Source: an uncultured Flavobacteriia bacterium
Lineage (GTDB): Bacteria > Bacteroidota > Bacteroidia > Flavobacteriales_D > Crocinitomicaceae
Reading direction: 5' to 3'
DNA: 64,000 nucleotides
Assembly: GCA_937975705.1 (NCBI GenBank)
Contig: CALJTX010000019.1
Coordinates: 117,748 to 181,747, forward strand
The notes under the pieces are model-generated. The model was not told the origin of the DNA. It did not search any database and saw only the letters and a program-made list of their open reading frames with translations. Below are positions 54,501-63,157 of the stretch, piece after piece (the stretch's first letter is position 1; each line of letters begins with the position of its first letter). Both the position numbers and the translations under genes were made by a program.

Positions 54501-56203
54501 GAAGGCGGAGTGCAATTTTGGTAGTTGATTGAACTGTTGATTTGATCGGTTCCGCAAGGATTGGTATAGCGCACCTGAAAATTATTAAGACCAGGTGTTA
54601 GTGTGAGGTTGGCGCTTATTTTGTTGCCAATGAGTTGAGCGTTGTTGATTGGAATGTTATTGTGCAAAACCAATAATTGACCATTTTGCGTGCTGCCATT
54701 CAGTTGTGCACTCAGTGTAAATGCACCTTGATTGGTGGTGGTGCCCGGTGCATTGGGTTGCAACCAACTCAGCTGAGGCGTGCGGCAGTCGTCGTAGTTG
54801 ATGGTGATTTGATCAAAAGCACTACCGCAGTCGTTGGTGGCAGTAATGCGAATGGTATTCGCGCCTGGCGTTAGGTTGATGCTGCGTTGCAGCAGGCCAT
54901 TATTCGGATTGAAATTGATTCCGCTAACAGACATCCCGTTGTGTAGAACTTGAATTTGGTTGTTGTTCAAATGACCACTCAGCGTGGCGTTCAGTGCATA
55001 AGCCGCTTCTTGAACGGTAAGTGCGTTTGAACTTGCGTTCATGATCTGTACCGTGGGTAATTGGCAATCGACTTGCTCAATTTGCACTATTTGGGTTTTG
55101 CTACCGCAATTGGTTGTAGCGGTGAGGGTAAAGGTATTGACACCTGGCAACAGATTTACTTGCGCTTCCAAACGCTTGGTTTGCGCATTGAAATTGAAGG
55201 GTAGGGTTTGGTTGAAAGCATTGGTCAGCTGGATTTCTTGTGAATTATTGACGTTAGCGAGGTCAAAACGCAAAAGTAAAGTTGTCACTGAAACACTTGT
55301 CTGTGGTTGCCCAACTATACTGATAACAGGTTGCGGACAATTCTGCGTAAAATTGTTGATATTCGTAATAGGGGTGTCGTTGCCGCGCACCGGAGCTGGC
55401 TTCGATTCTCTCCCTTTGAAATGTAGCTGAAAAAAGCCTGAAGTGTAATGATACCAATCATTTCTGAGGCGAGGATCAGTCTGAACGAGGCCATCAAAAG
55501 AGTCGGCTCTTGTAAAGGTTGTTTTGTGTTCAATACCGATACTAAAACGTCCTTTGTGGTAAGCCAAACCAACGCCCAGACTTGGCATCCAGTTCAAGGC
55601 CCAATCATTGCCTTGAAGGCCATCCAAACGACTTTCATAAATTTGATCGGTAAATCCGAGTAATTGTTGTTGTGCAGGCATTGACAAATCAAGGGAATTG
55701 TAGTCGTAAATGCCATTTGTATCCAAGACATCGGACCACGTTTGCTGCCAAGTGAGGCCCACCCCTCCAAAAATATACGGATCAAATCCGGTGCGCTCGC
55801 GCAAACGGGCTGCATGTAAAACGAGTTCTAAATCGAGTTCCCTAACGTCAGAGCGAAAGTTGTGTACATATTGATTGGCGCCAGTTAAATAGGGTGTCAA
55901 GACAGGATTCAAGCTTAAATCTTGGGCATTTAAAGTGCTAAATGCGTTGGATTGCCCATACCATTGCCCTGCTAAAAAGCGACCGCGGAGGTCGAAAGAA
56001 ACAGCTTGGCCGTAATCGTATTTGAACGAACGCCCCAGGGTAAGTCCCCAACCATTATAGCGTTCGTAATCAAGGTCTGTGCTGTGCCAGGTGCCGCCGT
56101 AATTGAGACCCCAAAACCATTTGGAAGAACTGTAATTGACATTTTGTGCTGAAATGCTCGTAACCGTAAGCAGTAAGAGAAGGAGTGCGTAAAGTTTTCT
56201 CAT
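51572..56203 (-). CDS. giant surface protein: N-terminal beta-barrel-like domain + 12 Ig-like repeats + Pro/Thr/Lys-rich tail
   Basis: The ATG at 56203 gives signal peptide MRKLYALLLLLLTVTSISAQ (track start 56242 is TTG). See the two repeat features below for domain evidence. No T9SS CTD at the C-terminus. Confidence 0.75.
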   Translation of the reverse strand: MRKLYALLLLLLTVTSISAQNVNYSSSKWFWGLNYGGTWHSTDLDYERYNGWGLTLGRSFKYDYGQAVSFDLRGRFLAGQWYGQSNAFSTLNAQDLSLNPVLTPYLTGANQYVHNFRSDVRELDLELVLHAARLRERTGFDPYIFGGVGLTWQQTWSDVLDTNGIYDYNSLDLSMPAQQQLLGFTDQIYESRLDGLQGNDWALNWMPSLGVGLAYHKGRFSIGIEHKTTFTRADSFDGLVQTDPRLRNDWYHYTSGFFQLHFKGRESKPAPVRGNDTPITNINNFTQNCPQPVISIVGQPQTSVSVTTLLLRFDLANVNNSQEIQLTNAFNQTLPFNFNAQTKRLEAQVNLLPGVNTFTLTATTNCGSKTQIVQIEQVDCQLPTVQIMNASSNALTVQEAAYALNATLSGHLNNNQIQVLHNGMSVSGINFNPNNGLLQRSINLTPGANTIRITATNDCGSAFDQITINYDDCRTPQLSWLQPNAPGTTTNQGAFTLSAQLNGSTQNGQLLVLHNNIPINNAQLIGNKISANLTLTPGLNNFQVRYTNPCGTDQINSSINYQNCTPPSIAITSPAANSTLNNAALRLRVTVSNVSNRNNIKVIFNGIEQSAFTYTATTGQLELNTQLLPGVNTLTITATNDCGADVETFTYTFDDCLAPNVNILGNWINNTSNAPLIVTNSAFPLTATIQNMPSQNGLSLTNNGSPVGFAYSNGNFNSINGNLSAVVSLQPGLNQIVLSAARSCGQMTRTIFVRYDNCTAPTLTLLQPSASGTTTNLPNLNLMANVSNISNSQAIQVKLNGVNVPFNFNNNQISSALTLLQGANQISILVTNACGTDNETIQINYSQCQAPQITTTTAIPNGASTSVGNFNYSATVANTFANQIQLTVNGQTQNYSFNNNQLSSTITLQPGLNVIQLIASNTCGSDIENWSVNYEPCSVPQINNISPAASVQNAEQLLNVSAQLTGINNANQISLLLNGAPSVFNFQNNNLSAALQLQSGLNNIVLSISNNCGTDVQVWNVNYNPCVNPQISISNTGLNGSTVATAALSLSAQVTALTSAQIILSLNGQVGQPFTLQNQNLNAALNLQPGPNTIVIQGKNDCDRVSQTLTINYVPCNAPTIQFGQAAGAQTNPLLQFSATVSGISSAQNINLMLNNAVVPFNFQNGTITTTLQLTNGANIVTVATQNNCGVASENITYTYTAPCVQPTVEITSPGVGVFEVSSPNVIVTATIEQITQVSGIQALNNGIVQFGATLVGNQMSIPMTLQTGNNNISISATNTCGTDTKTKEINYQPCAIPQVIYNTDPSGQTTNQSIFTYDAQIVNYSPNMIVTLSMNGVLLTGYSNANGNILAEVSFQPGLNNLTITVTNDCGTLTDVYLATFDSTGGQGMMTNPNGNKQAEGKQDNFSTPSNVNAPRPNPAPTAPKPVAPRPAPTPAPTTPKPVAPKPTTTPAPTAPKPVAPKPTTTPAPTAPKPVAPKPTTTPAPTTPKPVAPKPTATPAPTTPNPVAPKPTTTPAPKPTNSEATPKPKPTNENTNTKGGGR
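51608..51964 (-). repeat. in-frame 48-nt tandem repeats encoding (PKPVAPKPTTTPAPTA)n
   Basis: About six to seven copies of GGTGTTGTTGTAGGTTTCGGCGCTACTGGTTTCGGCGCTGTTGGCGCC-like units on the plus strand. The translation is a Pro/Thr/Lys/Ala/Val low-complexity tail. Confidence 0.85.
52055..55342 (-). repeat. twelve ~91-aa diverged coding repeats (Cys-bracketed Ig-like modules)
   Basis: Each module starts 'xC..P' (NCPQP, DCQLP, DCRTP, NCTPP, DCLAP, NCTAP, QCQAP, PCSVP, PCVNP, PCNAP, PCVQP, PCAIP). Each ends '..N.CG.....(I/V)NY.', with an internal 'L.PG.N.' motif. Confidence 0.8.
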
Positions 56204-56286
56204 ATGTTTGATTTTGTCTGGCTTGCCTAAATTTTGTGCCAAAGTTCTTAAAAATTAAGATTTTAAGAAATAATTAACAGCCTAAT

Positions 56287-57180
56287 TTAACGTTTTGGAT
56301 AGTAGGAGTAATTGGTAAAGCGCAAAATACTGAGTTGGTCTGTGCGCACATCCTTTTTGATCAAGGAGCCCAAAAAACCGGTTTTGTAGTCGTAGACAAT
56401 TTGGTAATCGGTCAGAAAAACGCCGTTTTCGTAACGGTGCATTTCAATTAAATTGCCCCATTGGTCATAGCGGTAGCGCCATTCTTCAAAAGCTACTTGC
56501 GCAGTATCTGTAAAGGCGGCTTTATTGGCCAACAAACCCGTTTGGTTGTAACTGAATTTGGTGTTTTCGCTATTTTGCGAGATGCGGTAATACGTTGTAA
56601 TGCTGCGCAGGTAGTTTTCATCATCAAAACCCTTACTGACCTCAATATAGGGTTTCTGGTAATTATTGTAGCGCGTGTAGTTTTGAGGTTTATCGGTATG
56701 GTAACGCAGTGTTTCTGTGCGCATCTTGACAGAGGAAAGCAGGGTGTCTTTGCGGTGGTCGTAGACGTCTCGATAAAGTGCAATGCTCACCAATCTAGCC
56801 AGCGAATCATAGGTGTAGTGTTCAGATATGGCCCCTCCATATGCTGCATAACGATGCAAGCGCAATTGGCCATTTTCGAAATAACCGTAATGATGGAAAA
56901 TGCTGTCTTTGGCCGCTCCCTTTTGAAGGATTTCCATGCTGGCAATAAGTTGCCCTTTTTGATTGAAAGTGTACCGAAACGTATCGGGGCTGGGTTTAAA
57001 AGCTTCCGTTCCTTTTTTGTAGGTATAAAAACCGTCAATTGTCCGAATGTGTTGGGCGGCAATGAGGCTGTCATTGAAGAAAGGGGTAGTGCCAAAGGCC
57101 TGACCTTCTTGATTCAAGATAAACTGTGCGTTTAAACCGACGGCACAAAAACTCCACAAAAAGAGCAAATAAACTCTCAC
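56287..57180 (-). CDS. hypothetical exported protein with YD/MORN-like repeats
   Basis: The GTG at 57180 (MRVYLLFLWSFCAVGLNAQ) overlaps the glyQS stop by 1 nt. The track's TTG at 57210 would overlap glyQS by 31 nt. Repeats such as 'YTYDSLARLV' and 'YRYDQWGNLIEMHRYENG'. Confidence 0.45.
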   Translation of the reverse strand: MRVYLLFLWSFCAVGLNAQFILNQEGQAFGTTPFFNDSLIAAQHIRTIDGFYTYKKGTEAFKPSPDTFRYTFNQKGQLIASMEILQKGAAKDSIFHHYGYFENGQLRLHRYAAYGGAISEHYTYDSLARLVSIALYRDVYDHRKDTLLSSVKMRTETLRYHTDKPQNYTRYNNYQKPYIEVSKGFDDENYLRSITTYYRISQNSENTKFSYNQTGLLANKAAFTDTAQVAFEEWRYRYDQWGNLIEMHRYENGVFLTDYQIVYDYKTGFLGSLIKKDVRTDQLSILRFTNYSYYPKR

Positions 57181-58724
57181 TAGCGCAAACCCAATAATAC
57201 GCTCTTCCAACTCGCTTTATTGGCGATGACGTTTTCGAGCTCAGCAATACTGATGCGGTCTTGGGTCATGGTGTCGCGGTCGCGGATGGTGACGGTGTTG
57301 TCTTCGAGGGTTTGGTGATCAACGGTAATGGAGAATGGTGTACCAATGGCATCTTGGCGGCGATAGCGCTTGCCAATAGAATCTTTTTCGTCGTATTGAA
57401 CGCTATATTCGAGCTGCAATTGCGCCATGATTTCACGTGCTTTTTCTGGCAAGCCGTCTTTTTTGATCAATGGTAAGATGGCTGCTTTGTAGGGGGCAAG
57501 AACTGCTGGAATTTTGAGTACCACGCGTGCTGAGCCGTCTTCGAGTGTTTCTTCTTGATATGCAGCACTCAATACAGCTAAGAACATGCGGTCGAGGCCC
57601 ACAGAGGTTTCAACCACGTAAGGGACATAACTTTGGTTCATCTCAGGGTCAAAGAACTGGAGTTTTTTACCTGAAAATTGCTCGTGTTGTTTGAGGTCGA
57701 AATCGGTACGGGAGTGAATACCTTCTAGCTCTTTGAAGCCCATCGGGAAGTTGTATTCGATATCGCAAGCTGCGTTGGCGTAGTGTGCAAGTTTGAGGTG
57801 GTCGTGGAAACGGTAGCGGTCGGCACCCAAGCCTAAATTTTGGTGCCATTTGGTGCGGAGGGTTTTCCAGTAGTCGTACCATTTCATTTCTTCGCCGGGG
57901 CGCACAAAGAATTGCATTTCCATTTGTTCAAATTCGCGCATGCGGAAGATGAACTGACGCGCCACAATTTCGTTTCGGAAGGCCTTGCCAATTTGTGCGA
58001 TTCCAAACGGAATTTTCATGCGTCCAGATTTCTGAACGTTCAAGAAGTTGACGAAAATTCCTTGTGCAGTTTCTGGACGCAAGTAGATGGTACTGGCATC
58101 GCCGGCTACAGAACCAAGTTCAGTGGAGAACATGAGGTTAAATTGGCGCACTTCTGTCCAGTTTTTGGAGCCAGAAATTGGGCATACAATTTCGAGGTCG
58201 ATGATGAGCTGACGCACACCCTCTAAATCGTTTTGTTCAAGAGCGTTTTTCATGCGCTCCTCAATTTGAGTAATTTTTTCTTGATTGCGCAACACATTTG
58301 GGTTGGTTGCCCTGAATTGTTCTGCATCGAAAGCGTCGCCAAAGCGCTTTTGGCCTTTTTCGACTTCTTTTTCGATTTTTTGACGAATCTTTTCGATGTG
58401 CTCTTCTAAGAGGACATCGGCACGGTAGCGTTTTTTGGAATCTTTGTTGTCAATTAAAGGGTCGTTGAAGGCATCGACGTGGCCAGACGCTTTCCAGGTA
58501 GTGGGGTGCATGAAGATAGCGGAGTCTAGGCCCACAATATTTTCGTGCAACTGCACCATGGCTTTCCACCAATAGGTTTTGATGTTGTTTTTGAGTTCTG
58601 CACCCAACTGACCGTAGTCATAGGTGGCAGCGAGGCCGTCGTAAATTTCTGATGACGGGAAAACGAATCCGTATTCTTTGGCGTGTGAAATGAGGTCTTT
58701 GAGGCGGTCTTTTTGTGCTTCCAT
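57180..58724 (-). CDS. glyQS: glycine--tRNA ligase (dimeric class II type)
   Basis: The ATG at 58724 gives the canonical N-terminus 'MEAQKDRLKDLISHAKEYGFVFPSSEIYDGL'. 'LRPETAQGIFVNF' and 'GKAFRNEI' motifs. The track's 49-aa upstream extension is rejected. Confidence 0.95.
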   Translation of the reverse strand: MEAQKDRLKDLISHAKEYGFVFPSSEIYDGLAATYDYGQLGAELKNNIKTYWWKAMVQLHENIVGLDSAIFMHPTTWKASGHVDAFNDPLIDNKDSKKRYRADVLLEEHIEKIRQKIEKEVEKGQKRFGDAFDAEQFRATNPNVLRNQEKITQIEERMKNALEQNDLEGVRQLIIDLEIVCPISGSKNWTEVRQFNLMFSTELGSVAGDASTIYLRPETAQGIFVNFLNVQKSGRMKIPFGIAQIGKAFRNEIVARQFIFRMREFEQMEMQFFVRPGEEMKWYDYWKTLRTKWHQNLGLGADRYRFHDHLKLAHYANAACDIEYNFPMGFKELEGIHSRTDFDLKQHEQFSGKKLQFFDPEMNQSYVPYVVETSVGLDRMFLAVLSAAYQEETLEDGSARVVLKIPAVLAPYKAAILPLIKKDGLPEKAREIMAQLQLEYSVQYDEKDSIGKRYRRQDAIGTPFSITVDHQTLEDNTVTIRDRDTMTQDRISIAELENVIANKASWKSVLLGLR

Positions 58725-58759
58725 AGTTGCAAAGATACGAAAAGCACTATTTTTACTCC

Positions 58760-59512
58760 ATGATTTTTTACCTCGACCCCACGCATTTTTTCGATACCAG
58801 CGCCCCAATTGATCTTTCTTTGCCTTTGAGTGCCACAATAGAGAACCCGAGAGCATGGTATGTTGACCCACCTCGAATGGAACCTGTTAGGGCAAATGGT
58901 TTTGTGGGCAGCGTGGCAGAAGGTGGCGCAGTAAATTTTCGAGATGTGTTTTTCAATCCACATGGCCACGGCACGCATACCGAATCTTATGGCCATATTA
59001 GTGCAGCTCTTTATCCGGTCAGTCAGGCTTTAACGCAATATTTTTACAAGGCGACGCTCATCAGTATTGTGCCTAGAGTTCTGGCCAATGGCGACCATGT
59101 TGTATTTGCAGATCAGTTAGAATCTTTATTAAATGCTGATTTTACTGAAGCCATTATTGTGCGCACATTGCCCAATATGGATGAAAAAATGTCGATGAAT
59201 TATTCAGGCACCAATCCTTGCTATTTTGATGTAGGAGTAGTCGAATTACTCGATCAGCTCGAGGTACAACACTTTTTGGTAGATACCCCATCTGTTGATC
59301 GCGAAGAAGATGCTGGCGAGTTGGCCTTTCATCATGCATTTTGGAAAGTTCCAGAGGCCCCAATTGCCAACCGAACAATATCCGAATTGATTTTTGTGCC
59401 TACCGACGTGCAAGATGGCGCTTATATCTTAGAACTTCAAGTGGCTCATTTTGTAAATGATGCAGCACCAAGCCGACCTTTGCTTTACGCCTTAAATGAA
59501 AAAAAGGACTGA
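58760..59512 (+). CDS. cyclase-family protein (arylformamidase/kynurenine-formamidase-like fold)
   Basis: ATG at 58760 (track start 58727 is TTG). The metal motif 'HGHGTHTESYGH' resembles the HxGTHxDxPxH of the putative-cyclase family. Confidence 0.6.
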   Translation: MIFYLDPTHFFDTSAPIDLSLPLSATIENPRAWYVDPPRMEPVRANGFVGSVAEGGAVNFRDVFFNPHGHGTHTESYGHISAALYPVSQALTQYFYKATLISIVPRVLANGDHVVFADQLESLLNADFTEAIIVRTLPNMDEKMSMNYSGTNPCYFDVGVVELLDQLEVQHFLVDTPSVDREEDAGELAFHHAFWKVPEAPIANRTISELIFVPTDVQDGAYILELQVAHFVNDAAPSRPLLYALNEKKD

Positions 59513-59825
59513 CGAATCAGCCCTTTTCCTAGTAGTAGACAAAACTGTCTGAGTGGTACATTGTAAGTAATAAGGACAGGAACTTCTTATGCACATTCCT
59601 TTCGGACGTTGACAAAAACTATTAAACTCTTATCAAACTAGAAAATGAAACTGCCTCTCCAAGCAGCTTGTCAACTGCTATGCAAAAGAAGTTACCTGTT
59701 TCTCTCCTTATTTCAAGAATAAACTTACGATGATTTTGTTAGGGCTGTTATTCAAATGAACATCACATCGAATTGGCTGAATATTGCGGCATTTTTTGTG
59801 AATATTGCAAAAATCACATTCCAAA

Positions 59826-61181
59826 TTAATGGACAACCAACGTTTTGGATTGCGCATCGCCCTCGACACGGACAAGGTAAAGCCCTTGGTAAAGCGTGTC
59901 AATTTCAAAATAAACAATTGTACTTCCTTGCGCCAATATTTTTTGTGTAATGAGTCTGCCTTGTTGATCGTAGAGTCCTACTTTTCTTGATTGTGAAGCG
60001 AGTCCGTTGACCTGTACCATTGCAATTTCATGACTTGGATTGGGCCACACTTGCCAATCTGTACTGGAAAGTTCTTGCAGTCCTGCGTTTGAAGTATAGG
60101 TTGTGACGGGTTCGGTGATACTCGTTACTTTAGCGCCAGTTACAACCCCGTGAAACTTCGGACCTACTACATATGGGTAAGCTGAGTTCCAATTTTCGTC
60201 GACAGTTGCAAAGTAGCAATAAGTACCGTTTGGATATTCTGGCGTGACACAAAATCTGCCGTTGCTTGCATCTAAATACTCTTCTTGGCCTGCATGAGCA
60301 ATATATTCGTAATCTTCGCGAAAATAACCTAAAGGATAGGTGCTCGAAACCGCAGGGCCATCCGCTACATCGGTTCCATCGGCCCAATGCGTTCTCACAC
60401 TGATATTGCGCAATTGATAACTAGATTGAATGCGGGTGATACCGCCTGTGCCGTCGCTATTTTTGAAGCCGTAAGCACCATAAATAGGAAATCCATCATA
60501 GGCAAAACCAATCAATGGCGAATGCTGAGTAGCGTCAATTGCGTATAAACCATCGGCATCATAGATATCGCAAATCGTTGAGATGACCTGTAAGTCTAGC
60601 TTGAAAGCGCTCGGATTCTGGTGGTGGTGGTAATTGCCCATTGCCGGATGCCCTTTGGAGCAATCAAATCCTGCTTTTTCAGCAGGAATGGCATCTCTGT
60701 TCCAGGGCATGTTGGCACTTGGCCCTCCTGGGCAAGGTGGATTGCCTGGCCCACCACAAAGGGCGTTTGCTTGGGTATTCCAAGCTACGCCATCTCGGTA
60801 ATCAAACAACGCCACTCCATTGATAAAAATACCAATGTTACCTCCGGTAGTACTTGTAAGTGTTCCAGTATTGGCAGTGGGGTTCAAGGAAAGTTTAAAA
60901 ATGGCATTTTGGTTGGTGGCTAAAGATGGATTGCCGTCTAAAAAAGGCCCTGTAACATATGCCGGGATTCCTTTGGTACTGACGTAGACATAATTGGTTG
61001 AATACTGCACGGTTTGCACATTTGCAGCTATGTTATCCGCAATTGGCGTGCTATTGCCTTGTGCGTAATGTGAGCCCGTGAGCCCGCTGGTATTGATCAA
61101 CCAATTGGTGATGGCCGGGTTGAGTTGCGCGTTGAGCACGCCAGTACAAAATAGGGCGAGTGTGAGCAGGTTTTTCTTCAT
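59826..61181 (-). CDS. YHYH-domain protein with T9SS C-terminal sorting domain
   Basis: 'GHPAMGNYHHHQNP' (YHYH-type motif) and 'FAYDGFPIYGAYG'. C-terminal 'QGLYLVRVEGDAQSKTLVVH'. ATGA overlap with the upstream CCP gene. Confidence 0.6.
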   Translation of the reverse strand: MKKNLLTLALFCTGVLNAQLNPAITNWLINTSGLTGSHYAQGNSTPIADNIAANVQTVQYSTNYVYVSTKGIPAYVTGPFLDGNPSLATNQNAIFKLSLNPTANTGTLTSTTGGNIGIFINGVALFDYRDGVAWNTQANALCGGPGNPPCPGGPSANMPWNRDAIPAEKAGFDCSKGHPAMGNYHHHQNPSAFKLDLQVISTICDIYDADGLYAIDATQHSPLIGFAYDGFPIYGAYGFKNSDGTGGITRIQSSYQLRNISVRTHWADGTDVADGPAVSSTYPLGYFREDYEYIAHAGQEEYLDASNGRFCVTPEYPNGTYCYFATVDENWNSAYPYVVGPKFHGVVTGAKVTSITEPVTTYTSNAGLQELSSTDWQVWPNPSHEIAMVQVNGLASQSRKVGLYDQQGRLITQKILAQGSTIVYFEIDTLYQGLYLVRVEGDAQSKTLVVH

Positions 61182-62140
61182 GGTTTTTGGTTTAGTGTAT
61201 GATATTGAAATTGAGGGTTCATTAAAAATGTGGTGTCTGTAAGGGTTTTCAGAAAGGCGATGAGGTCCTTTTGCTGCTTGTCGTTCAATTGAAGTTGTTG
61301 GCCGTAATGTGCCATTACTTCTTTTAAACTTTTGTAGCGCCCGTCGTGCATGTATGGAAAACTATGGCTAATATTTCTTAAAGTGGGGACTCTGAATTTT
61401 CCTTTATCGGCCTCTAATGCGGTAATATTGAATCGACCCAAATCAGTTGAATCAATTCGAATCCCGTTGCTTTCAAAGCGGTTGCTGAAAAAGAGCGGCG
61501 CGGTATGGCAGCTGTTGCAGTGTTGTTCAAAAAGTACAAATCCTTTTTGCTGTTGTTCCGAAAAGGAGGCATGTTGTCGGCTGACTTTATCGTAAAAACT
61601 ATCTTTTGAAATGAGTGAAATGGTAAATTGCTGCAAGGCATCGAGCAGCATCCAGGTCTCGATTTGCTTTTGTTTGTATACTTTTTTGAAGAGTTGAGGA
61701 TAATGCTGATGCCGCTTCAATTTCAATAAGATGTGCTCGATAGTCTCTCCCATTTCATCGGGGTGGGTGAGCGGGTTGAGTGCTTGGCTATTTAAATGCA
61801 TTACGCCTCCGTCCCAGTGGAAATTTTGCCGCCACGCGAGATTGAATAACCCCGGCGCATTTCGCTTGCCAATTCTATCCGCTATTCCGTGGCTTGTGGG
61901 GTGATCTACGTGTGCAAATGCTGTATAAGGCAAATGACATGAAGCGCACGACACACTGCTGTCTGCCGACAACAAAGGGTCATAAAACAATGCCCTTCCT
62001 AGCGCGAAACCAGCTTTAGACGCATATTTTGATGTCGCTTGAATTGGTTCAGGCCAAGATTTTGCCAGACTAATTTGACTATCCTTAAGCGAAAGCAACA
62101 AGAACCCGAGGAGAAAGACAAAGAGCAATTTATTTAGCAT
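61178..62140 (-). CDS. mbnH: di-haem cytochrome c peroxidase/MauG-family protein (MbnH-like)
   Basis: Two haem motifs, 'CASCH' (aa 65-69) and 'CNSCH' (aa 208-212). 'RVPTLRNI' and 'PYMHDGR' are typical of the CCP/MauG family. Confidence 0.8.
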   Translation of the reverse strand: MLNKLLFVFLLGFLLLSLKDSQISLAKSWPEPIQATSKYASKAGFALGRALFYDPLLSADSSVSCASCHLPYTAFAHVDHPTSHGIADRIGKRNAPGLFNLAWRQNFHWDGGVMHLNSQALNPLTHPDEMGETIEHILLKLKRHQHYPQLFKKVYKQKQIETWMLLDALQQFTISLISKDSFYDKVSRQHASFSEQQQKGFVLFEQHCNSCHTAPLFFSNRFESNGIRIDSTDLGRFNITALEADKGKFRVPTLRNISHSFPYMHDGRYKSLKEVMAHYGQQLQLNDKQQKDLIAFLKTLTDTTFLMNPQFQYHTLNQKP

Positions 62141-62744
62141 AGCTCAATGAAGATGTAAAAAGTTCAAAAAGCATAAGGCTAGCTTTGCTAGGTTGCATGA
62201 TTTTCCAACCGAGCGGGGGTGTTTCCAAAATGTGGCCAAACCACGTTTGCAAATCGCAATTCAAGATCGTTCCGCTACCGGGAATAGCCATTATGCAGGC
62301 AAAAGGTGCTTGATAGCCGCCTAAATGAAATTCAAAACTTTGAGTTTGACCGGTTTTTAAGTTGTTGAATTCTCCCACACACTTGACGCTGATGAATCCG
62401 GTATTCCACGCCCAATACATGCCATTGATGGGGTCGAGGGCACCCGTAAAAACACCAGCTGTTTGAATTTCAGCTCGGATCCCAACTTGCAGTGCAGTAG
62501 CATGGTCTTGCCACTGCCAAGTTTCCGGATCAGCAGCATCTATCAAATGGATGGCGTTGTTCCCTTTTTGAGGCACAGCTTGAATGTAGCATTTCAATTC
62601 TGACAGTTGAAATTGCAGGGTGTCGTGGAGTAAATAGGTGCTGTCTAATTCAAATGGTTGATTGTTCCAGGTCAACTTGACTTGCTGTTGGGCAAAAGTG
62701 AAAAGGCCAGAGAGCGCAAACAGTACAAAAAAAAGATACGGCAT
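62130..62744 (-). CDS. mbnP: MbnP-family protein (putative copper-binding partner of MbnH)
   Basis: The ATG at 62744 (MPYLFFVLFALSGLFTFAQQ signal) overlaps the upstream stop as TAATG. 'LDPINGMYWAWNTGFISVKCVGEF' matches the conserved MbnP core as I remember it. Confidence 0.55.
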   Translation of the reverse strand: MPYLFFVLFALSGLFTFAQQQVKLTWNNQPFELDSTYLLHDTLQFQLSELKCYIQAVPQKGNNAIHLIDAADPETWQWQDHATALQVGIRAEIQTAGVFTGALDPINGMYWAWNTGFISVKCVGEFNNLKTGQTQSFEFHLGGYQAPFACIMAIPGSGTILNCDLQTWFGHILETPPLGWKIMQPSKASLMLFELFTSSLSYAK

Positions 62745-63157
62745 TAGCGCTGCAGATGTTGGGGTTGTAGAATCTGGGTTCTGAATTTGCGAAAACGCTT
62801 TTCTTGTGCGGGTGTGCAAAGTTCGCTTACACAGTCAAAATGTGCAATTGTGATGGAATCAATATTTCTTTGACACCTAGAAATTTGATCCAATAATACC
62901 GATCGCGAATGTTCATTTTGGGGCTGCGAATGAACTAATTTTTGACGCAGCTCAAATTGCCGTTGTGTCCATTTGACAACTGCCCGATGATGGCGGTGCA
63001 TTTCTTTATCGAGTGTTTTGGCGAGAGTGCCTTCTGCCCTAACAATATGACTCAATCTTGGCGGGTGCTTTGGTTTGCTGTATAACTTATACAACAAAAA
63101 GAGGTTAGTGCAAACCAAAAGAAGAATTGCGCTGCGCAATATGCGGATACTTTTCAT
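62744..63157 (-). CDS. hypothetical membrane-anchored/periplasmic helical protein
   Basis: 137 aa. N-terminal anchor 'AILLLVCTNLFLLYKLY', then a His/Arg/Gln-rich helical region. ATGA overlap with the upstream ORF. Confidence 0.35.
   Translation of the reverse strand: MKSIRILRSAILLLVCTNLFLLYKLYSKPKHPPRLSHIVRAEGTLAKTLDKEMHRHHRAVVKWTQRQFELRQKLVHSQPQNEHSRSVLLDQISRCQRNIDSITIAHFDCVSELCTPAQEKRFRKFRTQILQPQHLQR

Noticed and set aside
58725-58871. 49-aa N-terminal extension of the glycyl-tRNA synthetase ORF, and the TTG-start extension of the cyclase ORF at 58727
   Set aside because: The two extensions would overlap each other on opposite strands. The ATG at 58724 yields the canonical GlyRS N-terminus, and the ATG at 58760 is the first ATG of the cyclase gene.
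58760-59512. Functional link between the kynurenine-formamidase-like cyclase and MbnH (which makes kynurenine from a protein Trp)
   Set aside because: The gene is on the opposite strand and separated from the Mbn operon by a 313-nt spacer. It belongs to a broad family with many substrates, and MbnH acts on a protein-bound residue. The proximity is probably coincidental.
59513-59825. 313-nt non-coding spacer between convergent genes, checked for an sRNA, a terminator or a small gene
   Set aside because: I found only weak 5-bp hairpins (AGACA/TGTCT, CAAGC/GCTTG). The small ORFs (59708-59917, 59756-59950, 59805-59990) run into the 3' end of the YHYH gene and have no coding features. No confident call is possible by eye.
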